DNA of 64,000 nucleotides from Octopus sinensis (Eukaryota): NCBI RefSeq assembly GCF_006345805.1, contig NC_043011.1, positions 54,944,464 to 55,008,463 of the forward strand, read 5' to 3'. Shown piece by piece: positions 27,374 to 40,515 of this stretch (position 1 is its first letter; each line of letters starts with the position of its first letter). The notes under the pieces were generated by a model. It saw only the letters and a program-made list of their open reading frames with translations, ran no database searches and was not told where the DNA came from. The position numbers and the translations under genes were made by a program.

Positions 27374-28845
27374 CATATATAATTTATACAAATTTTGTGT
27401 GTGTCATTATCATCATAAATACTGGAGACAACATCATATATATCCCAAGAATACATATGAGTAATTATTATCCCCAAATGAATATAGCATAAGATTTTTT
27501 AAAAACTTTACTTGTAACAGCTTTTTAATTGACATCCATAAAAGTTAAACAAAGTATTTTTTTAAAAGTCACATCTTCCACATTTTGATGACCATAAATT
27601 CCATACGTTACTTGTCTTATAATCCATACTTTGGCAATCACAAGCTAGTTGTCATATAATCCATTCTGTCATTCATCCTTATGTAATCCATGTGGTCTGG
27701 AAAAGTTTTTTCATCCATTAAGAATGAATTTTGATGTTATCATTCTCATTTTGAATATATTTCAAATTTCATTTGTTGTCCGAACAAAGAACACAATTAG
27801 AATGTGTAAATGTCAGCTAGAAAATACAAATTAGTGAAGACAACTCATTTGTATGTTGGATCAGCAATTTAGTTGCAATGTTCCTTTTTAATGTAGTTGA
27901 TAAATTACAGCATTATGTGTTAATATATTTTCAATAAAGAGTAACTAACTTACAGAGCCTATAATTTATAGGTACCTACTATTATAACTTTTTCATGGAA
28001 GTAGAGAACATGTTTATTAGCTTGTTTTATTCTTGCAACAAGAAAAGTGTCCAGTAATAAATATTTTCCCCTAGTCCTTATACAAGCTCATATCATTTTT
28101 CATTTCTTTCTGATACCTTATTCCTTGTGATTTCAGTTTGAAGAGAAATAGATGAGAATGCTCGATATATTTTCTTTAAAACTGAAGAAGAAATCTTTGA
28201 AAAGAAAGTAAATTCAAAACGGATTAAAGTGGAACGGATTAAAATATGAACATGCATTCATTGAGCCATGAGGAATTAAAATTTTTTTTTTCTGCATACG
28301 AAAAAATTTTTCTTCGAAGGTCAATTAATATTCTTCCAGTATTCATTTCACTATTCTACCGTTCTGAGTTGAAATCTTGTCGGAGTTGACTTTTCTTTTT
28401 ACCTGCTGAGATCATTAAGATAAAGACCAATATATGTGGGGAAATGAAATTGACTTTCTCTTTCCTGCAAAAGTCCCTCTTGCATCTAAAGAAACCTACT
28501 ATTGGTGTTAATCCAATAATAATAAATCAAAAGATTTTACCATAGAAATTGATATCAAATTTGTTTTCCTCATGAGTTAAGAGAATTAAAATATTTTACA
28601 TTGTAACTATTAAGTAGAATAGGAGAGGATTGCAGTCCGCTTGAAGCATTGTGTAGAATGTTTTTTTGACCATGGATTGATGAAAAACCCCAAGAATTTT
28701 TATGTTCTTTCCAAATTGCGAGAGCTATGATAGGAAAGTGTGAAAATTCTCTGAAGAAAAAGTCGAATATTTCACTGCTTGGAGTGATATATCCTTCTAG
28801 CTATTCTGTACAAACTTCAAAGAAAATATCAAGACTTTCCCAATA

Positions 28846-30120
28846 TTACTTATGATATAAAATATCTTGTTTAATTTTTGAAGGAAATTCTAGGGGTTTC
28901 CCTGTTTTATTCATACCAAACTTTGAAGAAAATACATTGAACTTCCATTTATTCAACTCTCCAAATTTCAATGGTGATTTCTGAGATTTCTTCATATCAT
29001 AATTAACCTTTGAAGGAAAAACTAATGATTTTCTAGTATTATTCCTTTTAAACTGTGAAGGAAGCTTTTGAACTTTCCATATATTATTCTGCTTCAAGGG
29101 TGCTTTTTGATATTTCTTCATGTTACCCTTTAAAGGAAATATTAATGATTTCCCAGTGTTATTTCTTTTATACTGTGAAGGAACCTTCTTAACTTTCCAC
29201 TGCTCTCCAAATTTCAAGGGTGCTTTTTGATATTTCTTCATGTTACCCTTCAAAGGAAATATTAATGATTTCCTAATGTTATTTCTTTTAAACTGTGAAG
29301 GAAACCTCTTCAGTTTCTTCTGCTCTCCAAATTTCAAGGGTGCATTTCGGTATTTCTTCATGTTATAGTTACCCTTTGAAGGAAACCTTAATGATTTCCC
29401 AGTGTTATTTCTTTTATACTGTGAAGGAACCTTCTTAACTTTCCACTGCTCTCCAAATTTCAAGGCTGCTTTTTGATATTTCTCCATTTTACCCTTTAAA
29501 GGAAATATTAATGATTTCCTAGTGTTATTTTTTTTAAACTGTGAGGGAAACCTCTTAACTTTCCACTGCTCTCCAAATTTCAAGGGTATTTTTTGTGATT
29601 TCTCCATGTTACTCTTTGAAGGAAACATCAATGATTTCCCAGTGTTATTACTTTTATTATTCTGCTCTCCAAATTTTAAGGGAAATTTCAGAGGTTTCGT
29701 CTTGTCTTTTTTATAAAACGATCTCCACGTATCGTTCTTGTTAGTCTTCGAAGTCGGGAATATGATTGTTTTATTTTGTCCAGATTCCGACAGAAAACCC
29801 ATTCTTTTCTCGTCGGCCCATGATCGCTTCAGAGGTTTTGCGAAAGGCGTAACTTTTCCTTCTTCAATCTTACGTTTCAATTCAATATATTTATCTCGTC
29901 TATGTGCTTCTCTATCAAAATATTTCACACGATTCATACTAATTTTGCCTTTAAAGTCCTGACCACTCGACAATTTATACATTCGGTTCACTTTCTCGCG
30001 AATTAAATAACTATTCGCAAAATATCCGTAGGTCATGGCTAAACTAACAAGAACAACAGAGAATATTACAAGAATATAAAAAGCTTTGATGCTCGTAAGA
30101 CTGTAGGATTTTCTAGACAT
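28846..30120 (-). CDS. Uncharacterised Lys-rich secreted or membrane-anchored protein with six ~40-aa tandem repeats
   Basis: 424-codon ORF in AT-rich DNA. ATG is followed by a hydrophobic stretch (FYILVIFSVVLVSLAM). Repeats of 120/126 bp start at 29649, 29529, 29409, 29283, 29163 and 29043, and their length differences preserve the frame. Confidence 0.8.
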   Translation of the reverse strand: MSRKSYSLTSIKAFYILVIFSVVLVSLAMTYGYFANSYLIREKVNRMYKLSSGQDFKGKISMNRVKYFDREAHRRDKYIELKRKIEEGKVTPFAKPLKRSWADEKRMGFLSESGQNKTIIFPTSKTNKNDTWRSFYKKDKTKPLKFPLKFGEQNNKSNNTGKSLMFPSKSNMEKSQKIPLKFGEQWKVKRFPSQFKKNNTRKSLIFPLKGKMEKYQKAALKFGEQWKVKKVPSQYKRNNTGKSLRFPSKGNYNMKKYRNAPLKFGEQKKLKRFPSQFKRNNIRKSLIFPLKGNMKKYQKAPLKFGEQWKVKKVPSQYKRNNTGKSLIFPLKGNMKKYQKAPLKQNNIWKVQKLPSQFKRNNTRKSLVFPSKVNYDMKKSQKSPLKFGELNKWKFNVFSSKFGMNKTGKPLEFPSKIKQDILYHK

Positions 30121-30584
30121 TTTTAAATGGACAATTCGACATCAACAGCAAAAGGTAACAGAGATTTAGTTTTAAAAAGTCAACTTCAAATTAAAAACGG
30201 ATTAAAGTAGATAAAGCCGATAGTATTACTCACATGTGTTGCAGAAGTAAGTCTATGTAGGTTAGAAATGAAATCTTATTTACAGATAATGTGGAGAAGT
30301 ATGTGAACAAACACCAATACCTGTGTGTGTGTGTGTGAATAAATATATATTATATGTATGTATATATATATTTATATGTGTATGTACAGGGTAGAAGAGT
30401 AGGTACGTCGACTGCTGGCTAGTTTTTATTTACTTGAGAGAATATATCAGTGAACAATGAAACAGGCGGCAGTCAATAACGAAATAGAAACAAAGTAACT
30501 AGAGCTTGATCTGGCGTTAAGAAGGCGGGGTCCGTAGGTTCGAGTTCGGTTTACGTACACAAGCACGTGTAAGCAGGCATGTAT

Positions 30585-30833
30585 GCATGCATGTAGATGT
30601 ATGCATACATACATACATACATACATACACACATACATACATAAATACATACACACACATACATACATACATAAATACATACACACATACACACATACAT
30701 GCATACATACACACACATACACACATAAATACATATACACATACATACATACATACATACACACATACATACATACACACACATACATACATGCACACAT
30801 ACATACACACACATACGTACATGCATACATACA

Positions 30834-30865
<32 letters not shown>

Positions 30866-30942
30866 CACACACATACATACACACACACATACATACATAC
30901 ATACATACATACATACATACATACATACATACATACATACAT
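30585..30942. repeat. (TACA)n/(CA)n compound microsatellite; similar tracts at about 9480-9750, 13681-13800, 16815-17070, 19797-19940, 24045-24125, 27270-27380, 31607-31713 and 34300-34425
   Basis: Simple repeats visible directly in the sequence. Confidence 0.95.
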
Positions 30943-31305
30943 ACTAACAAACAAAAAATACCCTATCGTTCATTTTGAAAATCCAACGAAGGAGGCTTGA
31001 ATCTAGGTTAGAAACCGGTTCTCTTCTCTATTGGCAGGGAATCTTGATATAAACTTAATGACCTACATACCCCAAGCAGATAAATCTTTCGCCTTCTACT
31101 ATATATATATATAAAAGGGGGATGGCCGGTTTATGAGATTACCTTAGGTTTCCCGTCCATAAAGAGTTTAGCTTTATGGCGTATCGTCTCATCCCTAAAA
31201 CCTGTTGCTCCATAACCTCTTAAATATATATATATTTTAATATATACAGCTTTACATCTTAAGCATGTGCTTCCTCTTTTGGATTTGTATTTTCTGAAAC
31301 GATAT

Positions 31306-31518
31306 ATATATTATATTAAATTAGAGATAAAACCACTATTAGGCAAATCAAACAATGAAAAACTTAAGCCAATACATAAAATTAATTAATTTATATTATT
31401 TTAAATATATATCAAAAGTATTAAAAGTTTTAATACCTATTAATTTTATGTATTGGCTTAAGTTTTTCATTGTTTGATTTGCCTAATAGTGGTTTTATCT
31501 CTAATTTAATATAATATA
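31306..31518. repeat. Long fold-back (inverted repeat)
   Basis: ttagagataaaaccactattaggcaaatc...aatacataaaatta and its reverse complement at 31441-31518. Confidence 0.9.
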
Positions 31519-31668
31519 ATATTTTACTATAAAATTGGATTCAATCCTAAATCTGATTTTTCCCTGTAAGTTTGGATTTATTCCCTAATATTTTATTATA
31601 TATGTATATATATATATGTGTATGTATGTATGTATGTATGTATGTATGTATGTATGTATGTATGTATG

Positions 31669-31702
<34 letters not shown>

Positions 31703-31769
31703 TGTATGTATGTATTTCGTTTTTGGATTTGGTTTGCAAGATTCTTTACATGAGTCCGTGTGTTGAAGC

Positions 31770-32010
31770 ATATTCTGTTGTGTCTGGGGAGAGTAATTTT
31801 CTTTTTGTGCCTTGTAATGTAACACACTCACCGGTAAAATTTCCATTTTTTTCTTATTTTTATTGTCCTAAAATTTTCGTTTATTGAAACGGTTGCAAGA
31901 CACAACGAAAATTTTAGGACAATAAAAATAAGAAAAAAAGTGGAAATTTTACAGGTGAGTGTGTTACATTACAAGGCACAAAAAGAAAATGACTCTCCCC
32001 AGACACAACA

Positions 32011-32015
<5 letters not shown>
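31770..32015. repeat. Long fold-back (inverted repeat); a related single arm lies at about 9805-9930
   Basis: tattctgttgtgtctggggagagt...aaaattttcgt and acgaaaattttagg...agacacaacagaata. Confidence 0.9.
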
Positions 32016-32068
<53 letters not shown>

Positions 32069-32187
32069 TAAAATAGGGTTTATGGGTGTAACCCACTATA
32101 GGATATCATATATCCAATGTACTGCTAGTAAAGTACCCAAATTCGTAGTACATAAGTTTTTAATTACAATGCAATTAAGTCATTTAT

Positions 32188-32220
<33 letters not shown>

Positions 32221-33370
32221 CGCATACAGAATCGTACACACGCACATATATACATGGATGTATGTATGTATATATACATAACATTGAGTCTCTTTTACTT
32301 CTGCTAAACATTAATAAAAAATATATATACTTGGGTGGGGGTCTTGAATAATCGCAACCCCCACCCTCCGCTTATTAATTTTTAAGATTCCTTTTATTAA
32401 ATTTTACTAATCTATCTCCGATGAAATGTTATTCTTAGCTATTCATATTGATACAACAATTGGAGAATCTAATAATTTTATTATATATACTCTATATATA
32501 TACTGTATACGTGTTTAAATGGTTGTATGTGCTTATACATATGTATAGGTAGGTTTATATTTCCAGGTATGTATCTAAGAAGGGATTCGGACAAAAGCTC
32601 CACAGTTATATTTTTCGGTTACTTTTTCGTTTTTAGAATTTTTAGTTGAATGTATCGACCCCAGGATTTCTTTTCTTATTTTTAAATTGTTTTTACTTGT
32701 TGCAGTTATTAGACTGCGGCCGGCCATGCTTGGGACACCGCCTTGAATTTTTTTAAAACTTTATCAAAACCACTTCCGTGATGTAATTCTTTTTTTTATT
32801 TTTTTATTCTGGGGTACCACTTTAAGGAGCTTTTTTAGTCGATTGTATCGATCCCAGAATTTTTTAGATGATTTCCAACCAGCGCATGAAGTTAAGTCTA
32901 GAAGGTCTCTCCACATGCTAAAAATAACAGCCAAATCTCTTGAAATATTTTTACACCCCACCTTTTGGTTATTCTTGTTGTTTTTTTTTTTTTTTTCTAA
33001 AACTATTTTTTACTTGTTTCAGTCACTGGACTGCGGCCATGCTGGGGCACCGCCTTGAAGAATTTTTAGCCGAATGTATCAACCCGGAATCTTTTTTAGG
33101 TGATTTTCAACCAGCACATGCAGTTGAGCCTAGAAGGTCTCTCCACCTACTAGAAATAACAGCCAAATCTTATAATTTCACGTAAACAAAGAACGAATAT
33201 CGTGGGGCGAAAGTAACGAATACGTACACCCGGTGTTTAGAGTGAGGGTCATTGTTGGGTCGAAAACGGGTGGTGTGCGTATTCGGCGGAAGTAAAGAAT
33301 ACGTACACCACAGGTTTTCGGCCTAACAAAAACCCTAAACCCGTATTATTTACCTTCGCCTACATATTCT

Positions 33371-34239
33371 GGTACTACTAGCGAACAGTGGTCCCGGTGC
33401 GCGCATCCGCACTAGCTAGTCGTAAGTAGTCGATCCTACAACGACTTTTTGACCCTAAGGCGATCTTTCGTCTCTAGTAGACCTTTCCGTCGATTTCCGT
33501 AAAAATTTTTTTTTTTTTACATATGGGCTTGCGGAAACTTTTGAAGTAATATACATACATATACACATACACCGAGTAAAAAATTTCAGTTATCTCTTTC
33601 TTTCACACATTACTCTGTCTCTTCACACATACTAACAGAAGCACTTCACTTACACAACATACTGTCTGTCTCCCACACCCCATCAAACACACACACACAC
33701 ATGTCCATCAATGCTTCACATGCACGGTAACTTCAAAAGAACTTCCCTCGTCATAAAATCGCTTTCTCTTAGTCTCTTTCGCTCTCATTACTTCAAAAGT
33801 TCCCGCAAGCCCATATGTAAAAAAAAAAAAAAATTTTACGGAAATCGACGGAAAGGTCTACTAGAGACGAAAGATTGCCAAATAATTTATTTACTTAGTT
33901 TAACAAATTTGTTCGAAAAATATTATTTAATTTTCTTTGATATGTATTCAGCCTTGAAACACAAACATACGCGCAAGTCATTGTAGGATCGACTACTTAC
34001 GACTAGCTAGCGCAGTATCGACCCCAGAGTCTTTTTTCCCCTTTTTACTTGTTGCAGTTATTAGAATGCGGCCATGCTGGGGCACCATCTTGAAGAAATT
34101 TTAGTCGAATGTAATGAGAGCATGAAGTTAAACCTAGAAGGTCTCTTCACATGCTAGAAATAACAACCAAATCTCTTGAAATTTTTTTAGGTACTACTAG
34201 CGAGTGCGCGCACCGGGACCACTGTTCGCTAGTAGTACC
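33371..34239. mobile_element. Non-autonomous DNA transposon or foldback element with nested inverted repeats
   Basis: ggtactactagcgaacagtggtcccggtgcgcgca at 33371 is inverted at about 34205-34239. Inner inverted pairs are 33412-33435/33977-34010 and 33460-33550/33788-33878. No TSD seen. Confidence 0.65.
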
Positions 34240-34343
34240 CACTAATTTAGGATATTGTATATATTCACCGTTAGACGGTGATGAAAGAAACACACACATG
34301 CATGAATGCATGCATACATACATACATACATACATGCATGCAT

Positions 34344-34385
<42 letters not shown>

Positions 34386-34396
34386 ACATACATACA

Positions 34397-34427
<31 letters not shown>

Positions 34428-35339
34428 TTATTTATTTATATATACAACTTAAACATACATATCAGTACATAAATATACATTTACATGTACATACACGCAG
34501 ACACTTCTACACAAAAACGTAAATGCTCACTCAATAGCACGAACTGTTACTTTCTCAGGTGCAGCACAAAGTTTTGTTAGTGAACAGGTCGCGGTTTCAA
34601 AGCAACGAAAATATTTTGACATAAATCAAATTTCTGATAAGAAAAGGGTGACAGCCTATAAAAATTTTAGATAACGATTTCTCATTTAGACACAAAACCA
34701 ACAGTTTGTGGGGAGGGACGGTGCCGCCACAAGAGCTGGCCATGCTTAAACCTGCACCAGACTTCTGCAATTGTTTTGGCAGGATTTTTACAGCTGGATG
34801 CCCTTCCTAACATCAACCACTCAGTTGAGTGACTTAGTGCCTTTTACGTGGCACAAGCACAGGTGAGGTCAGTTTTGGCAAGGTTTTACAGTTTCAAAAA
34901 CTGCTCTGCAAATAGTTGAGCTGATTGATGTCTTGAAAGCCTCGATGATACCACCACCACCACAAGAAAACTTCCTTCACCCTACTCCAACAAATCAATC
35001 TACATCTCTTCTCTTTCTTGTATTTCCTCCTTCATTCGCTATGTCTAGCTCTCTCACTCCCCAATCTTGTCCACACACCCCTGTTCCTCTATCATTGCTA
35101 TCTGGTAGCCCCTCCAACTCTATATATACCTAGGTCTTTCGCCACTTACTTACATTCTTTAATTGCACTCCCTTCACAATATCCCATCACTTATACTATG
35201 GCATTTGAACCTCAAGGGTATGTCCTGGCACTTGGCACTATCAATATCTCTCTCTTCCTTTACTCAACCATCTCATTTATACTCTGATCCCCATTCCTTA
35301 TATGACCAGCATTTTGCCACCATCTCCATCCTGCGGTCT

Positions 35340-35371
<32 letters not shown>

Positions 35372-35934
35372 TTCACCTGCACTTCTCTCAGGTTGGGAAA
35401 CTGTGTATATTTTCTTTGCAGTAGCATACCTGTTTCTATCTTCATTCCTGATCTTTCTCTTTCTCTGGCCAGGTAACCTTGTACTTCCTCTACAGCCAGA
35501 CACCTGTATCTGTCTCACTATAACATTTTCATCATCACCTCCATCAATTCCTCCTCCTCTCATAAAAGTTTTTGTCTTGCAAGTACTTGGTGCTCTGTTG
35601 GTGCAGGTGCCACTTAAAAGCATCCAGTCCACATTATAAAGTGGTAGGTGTTCGGAAGGGCATTCAGCTGTAAAACCTTGCCAAAACTGACCTTGCCTGT
35701 TCTTGTGCCACGTAAAAGGCACTAAGTCCCTCAACTGAGTGGTTGATGTTAGGAAGGGCATCCAGCTGTAAAAATCCTACCAAAACAATCACAGAAGTCT
35801 GGTGCGGGCTTCAGCATGGCCAGCTCTTGTGGCACATCCCGACCAAGTTTGCATGGAGCACAGACATTAAATGATGATGATGATGACAATGATATACACA
35901 CACATACATATATATATAAGATGGGACAGCAGCT

Positions 35935-36700
35935 GGTGTTGGCTAAAAATTCCCATAAATCTTCATACCACATCAACCTATTGCATCACATTTAACTCTG
36001 AATGTACAGTACTGATTCAAATATCAGTAGCAACCCCCCTGGGATGGTACAACCAATGTTACACAGTGTATAGGAAGCAGTGGATCATTCACTTCAAGAC
36101 ATAATGCAGAAACACATAACTTTTACTTGGTGGCAATGCTATGCTTAGTGGTGTATTCTGTCAGATTCTCCCTGGACATAAAAACACAATACATGTACTG
36201 AGAGTTACTCTTATAGAAAAGGACTCGTCTTTATGGAGGCAGCTGGTTCAACTCTTAGTTGATTCCTTAGAAATACATCAAAGCTCAATTCCTTTTTGTC
36301 CTGAGTGAAGGGAGATGGAAATTGACACAGATAGAAAACCACATTGCTTGATGAATCGGTCGTTGTTGAAATTGAAGAGCAGCTCATTTACCATGGTCTC
36401 TGATGAACAAATTGAGTCAGAGGTTGTAAGCAAATTAATAATTCTTGCAACTCCAAATAAAAATGTTGAAATTGTTGCACAACAAGGAACATGTGTATCA
36501 TAATCTGGACACTTATGTATCTCATGATGAACATAAGGCTTCTTCATTCCCTCCACAGTTTCTCTTACTATTAGAGGGCTGCTGCTATCTCATATACACT
36601 GTCTTAAAATTGAATGCATTGCCATAATGTTGCAGTATCTAAACACACAAAGTGGTCTAATAAATACATATTATTGAATTACTTGCAGGTAACAATCTGC
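35935..36700 (+). pseudogene. Degenerate Helitron/Pif1-type helicase fragment
   Basis: Frameshifted pieces LKIPINLHTTSTYCI, WDG..PMLHSV*EAVDHSLQDIMQ, GGNAMLSGVFCQILP, ILATPNKNV and SFPPQFLLL resemble the Pif1 motifs FKIP, WDEAPM..EAVDR.L.DI, FGG....GDFRQILP, ILAP.N and GLPPH.L.L. Confidence 0.65.
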
Positions 36701-39700
36701 AGTGCAATTTTCATAGAAAGTAACCGTGGTGTTATGGGATGTGATGAGCTATGTGGTGTTGGTGGAGAGGATGACAGATGAGGTGCGTGGAAGTAAGGCT
36801 TGCAGGGGCCGGCGGAAGAGTGAAAGGGGCATGCATGGGCAGGAAGCACGTGTGGTCAGCAAACACATGTAGTCAGTTCTAGCAAAGAGCGCAGAGCGAG
36901 AAGACGTGTGGAATTTGTGAGAGTGACCGCTGATTTCTCCTAGGTAAGGCCTTTTGTATTTCTTTCTCCCATTGCTTCTTTTTCTGTTGTCCTTTTCCTC
37001 CATCACACTACAGTAACATTTGTATATAGTTGGTATTATCTCTAGAATCAAGTGAAACCAACTGAGGAGGCATTGCCATTCTCCTTTCATTTCAATGTTG
37101 GCAATTTTCAGTATAATTTGCTTTTGCAAGTGTCAGAGGCAGACTCTACAAAAGGCTACATTACACTTCAGGTAACAGTATGCCAGAAACTGCTAGCATC
37201 ACTGCAATATCTAACAAAATCAAAGACATTATTTACTATGAAGTATATAGGTTCAGGTATGGTTGCTTAGCGGCATTTCGTCTGCCGCTACGTTCTGAGT
37301 TCAAATTCTGCCGAGGTCGACTTTGCCTTTCATCCTTTTGGGGTCGATAAATTAAGTACCAGTTACACACTGGGGTCGATGTAATCGACTTAATCCCTTT
37401 GTCTGTCCTTGTATGTCCCCTCTGCATGTAGCCCCTTGTGGGTAATAAAGAAATAAGAAGTTTGCTTCTCAACAACATGGCTCAATCCCACCACATAGCA
37501 CCTTGGGCAATTGTCTTCTATTATAGCCCTGGCTGACCAAAGCCATATGAGTGAATTTGGTAGACAGAAACTGAAAGAAGCATGTCATGTGTATATGTGT
37601 CTCCTTGTCTTGGCATCATATGATAGTAGTAAATGAGTGTCACTATCATACAAATGGATGCGCAATGGCCCAGTGGTTAGGGCAGAGGACTCGCAGCCGT
37701 AGGATCGCGATTTCGATTCCCAGACCGGGCATTGTGAGTGTTTTTTGAGCAAAAACACCTAAAGCTCCATGAGGCTCCAGCAGGGGGTGGTGGCGATCCC
37801 TGCTGTACTCTTTTGCCACAACTTTCTCTCACTCTTTCTTCTGTTACCCTGCTTGCTTAGCCAGTGGGGTGGCAGCGTTTGAAGGCTAAAAACAATGCAA
37901 AGCACATTGTGACCAGCGATGTGTAGCAACATCTGATAGCCTGGTTGGTCACGGTGATCAAACAAACAGTGCCATTCACCTCCGCTATTCTGCAAAAATC
38001 TATCTGGCCATGGGAAATATTATCTTGCTTGGAAACACGAGGGCTGGCAACAGGAAAGGCACTTGGCAGTAGAAAATCTGCTTCAATAGAGTATAAAAAG
38101 TTGAACATTAAAACAATAATGATGAATGGAAACAATGATTTCTTTTGAATATAGAAAAAATAACACTTCTAAATAAATTGTAAAAATTTTTTCTTTTTTT
38201 AATATCACTTTTAAAAGAAAATGTTATTAAAAAAATATTTTATTGACAAATACCAGAAACAAAATATATTCATTGTAAACAACTATGACAGTATATATTC
38301 TCACTGAAAATATTAGTAAACATTTTCAGCTAAAATGTTTATAATGTGAAAAAATTGTAAAGAAATCTTTGTTGTGTTCGTTTAACTATATTCATATATT
38401 CACCTGTGTATTTGAGTTTATATATATATATATATATGTATGTTTCTACCAATAAATGCACATTTCCACTCTATTACTTTCAGTCAGTGGATGCAACCAT
38501 ACTGGGCCTTCGTTAAGGGCTAAGTCAATTCCACTGACCCCGTCAACATTTTGTACATCCCATCACTACAAGCCTAAGTTTCTCCTCTCATGCAAAAATT
38601 CTTTTTCCAGACAAATTATATGTATAGCAGGAGTTGTAGATATGAGCTGCCTGCTTGTGACCACAGAGGCATCTAAAGCATTTAGCAAAAGCATGGCAAC
38701 ATTCTACCAAGTCATCCTAAATTCTGAAAGATGGTGGTAGATTATATGTGTGCACACATGTGAGAGAGAGAGACAGACAGAGAGAGGGGGAGAGAGTGAG
38801 AGAGAGAGAGAGATAAGATATGCAAGGTGATTGAAGTTAGTGTGGTGTATGCACATGCATACCAACATTTGAAAAAGTCACTCCATGGGAATCGCAGATT
38901 GATGGAAATTCTCTAAATCTAAAGTTTTATTCTCTCTGTCTAATGCTTTACTATCAATGTAACCAATTGTGATTGCTTCCCCACCTGCTACAAAAATAAA
39001 CCAACACGCTTTCAAGTGGTAATATTTCTTAGTGTCGAAATAAAGATGAAAAATTAAACAATTATCACTATCGTTTAGATCAGGGGGAAAAAAAGAATAG
39101 CCTACAGGAGAATTGAATCAGATTATGAGGAGGAAGTAAATGCTGATCTTTATTGGCAAAAAAGGTGTGTGAAATCTTCACAAAGTCCTGTAAATTATTC
39201 TGCTGTGTGGGAGAAAATGTTTTGGGATGGGACCATTCATTGAAGAAAAATTTTCCTTTCTCGTAGCAAATTAATTCATTACAATAATTAGTCAGATCGA
39301 AAAAAAAAACAGTGAGTATAAATAGTTGAAAAGTAGAAAAAATATAAGCAAAGGCCTTCCTTTTAGATCAGGATTCTTTATACTTTGAGAGGGGGAATTG
39401 AATTTTTTATGTTTGGTTACAAGAGGGGGAAAGACACGTCAAGACTTGAAAGGAGAAACATGTTAGTTTCATTCAAATTGAATAAGGAGAGGTTAATAAA
39501 AATAATTGTAAAATAAATAAATAAAAATATGAAAAAGTTTGATATGTATGGTTGCATTTTGCAAGAAGAAAGTGTCTACTTTGTGACAGAGAACTGAATA
39601 TTGTGTTTGGATACAAAAACAAGAATGAAGTTGCTTTCGTTTAGTTTTCAATAATGGAGTGTTTAACAGAAATAATAAAATAAAAAAAAATAAAGAGTGG

Positions 39701-39867
39701 CACAATTGCTTGCAGTAGAATTTTATATCACAACTCATGAGAGAACCATAATATGCTACAAATTTAGATCACCACAATAATGCTACTTTATATGAAACAA
39801 TGACATAGAAAGTAAAAATATATATTACAAATTAGATGTGTAAAAACTAGTTGCCATGATAGATCAT

Positions 39868-40467
39868 TAGCCACTACACACATTTTTTTCTCTCCTTGTT
39901 TTTTCTGTGTCTCTTTCTGTAGAAGAGCGTAGGCTCGAAACGTAAAATACTTTTTCTATTCCTGAGCGTTATACTAATACATCTGTTTGTTTTGTATCAG
40001 AAAAATGAAATTGTGATTCTCATTGACTATAGAATGGCACAGGGATAGATAAATCTATTTAGGGTAACCCCATTATATTATATTCCATTTACATTACTTT
40101 TGCACATCCTTACCATGCTATACAATCATTTCACATTTCAACTCTGCATTATCATATTGCTGTACTACCCCTGTGCCATTCTATGGTCAATGAGAATCAC
40201 AATTTCATTTTTCTGATACTTGTACAATTTATATTTGGGCGATTTGCAAATAGAGATATATTGAGACACGTGTTGCAGGGATGAGGATGAGAATAATTGT
40301 CCACATATTGGTTGTAAGCGCTGAATATTTAGCCACTTATTTCCAGATAACTAAAGTGGGGACTGTCTTATGGGTATAGATGTAGCTGAGAAAGGTTTTG
40401 GATGTGGGAGTAGATTAGAGGATACCTGATTTAATCAGGGTTTCTTTTATCACAGACCCACACACAA

Positions 40468-40515
<48 letters not shown>

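Noticed and set aside
30447-31000. Long ORFs of MYVC/HTYI repeats (also at 9337-9962, 31547-31887, 34147-34522 and 47635-48005)
   Set aside because: They are translations of stop-free microsatellites, open in several frames.
37660-37735. tRNA genes at SINE heads
   Set aside because: The tRNA-like A/B boxes run into repeated SINE bodies and I could not build a full cloverleaf.
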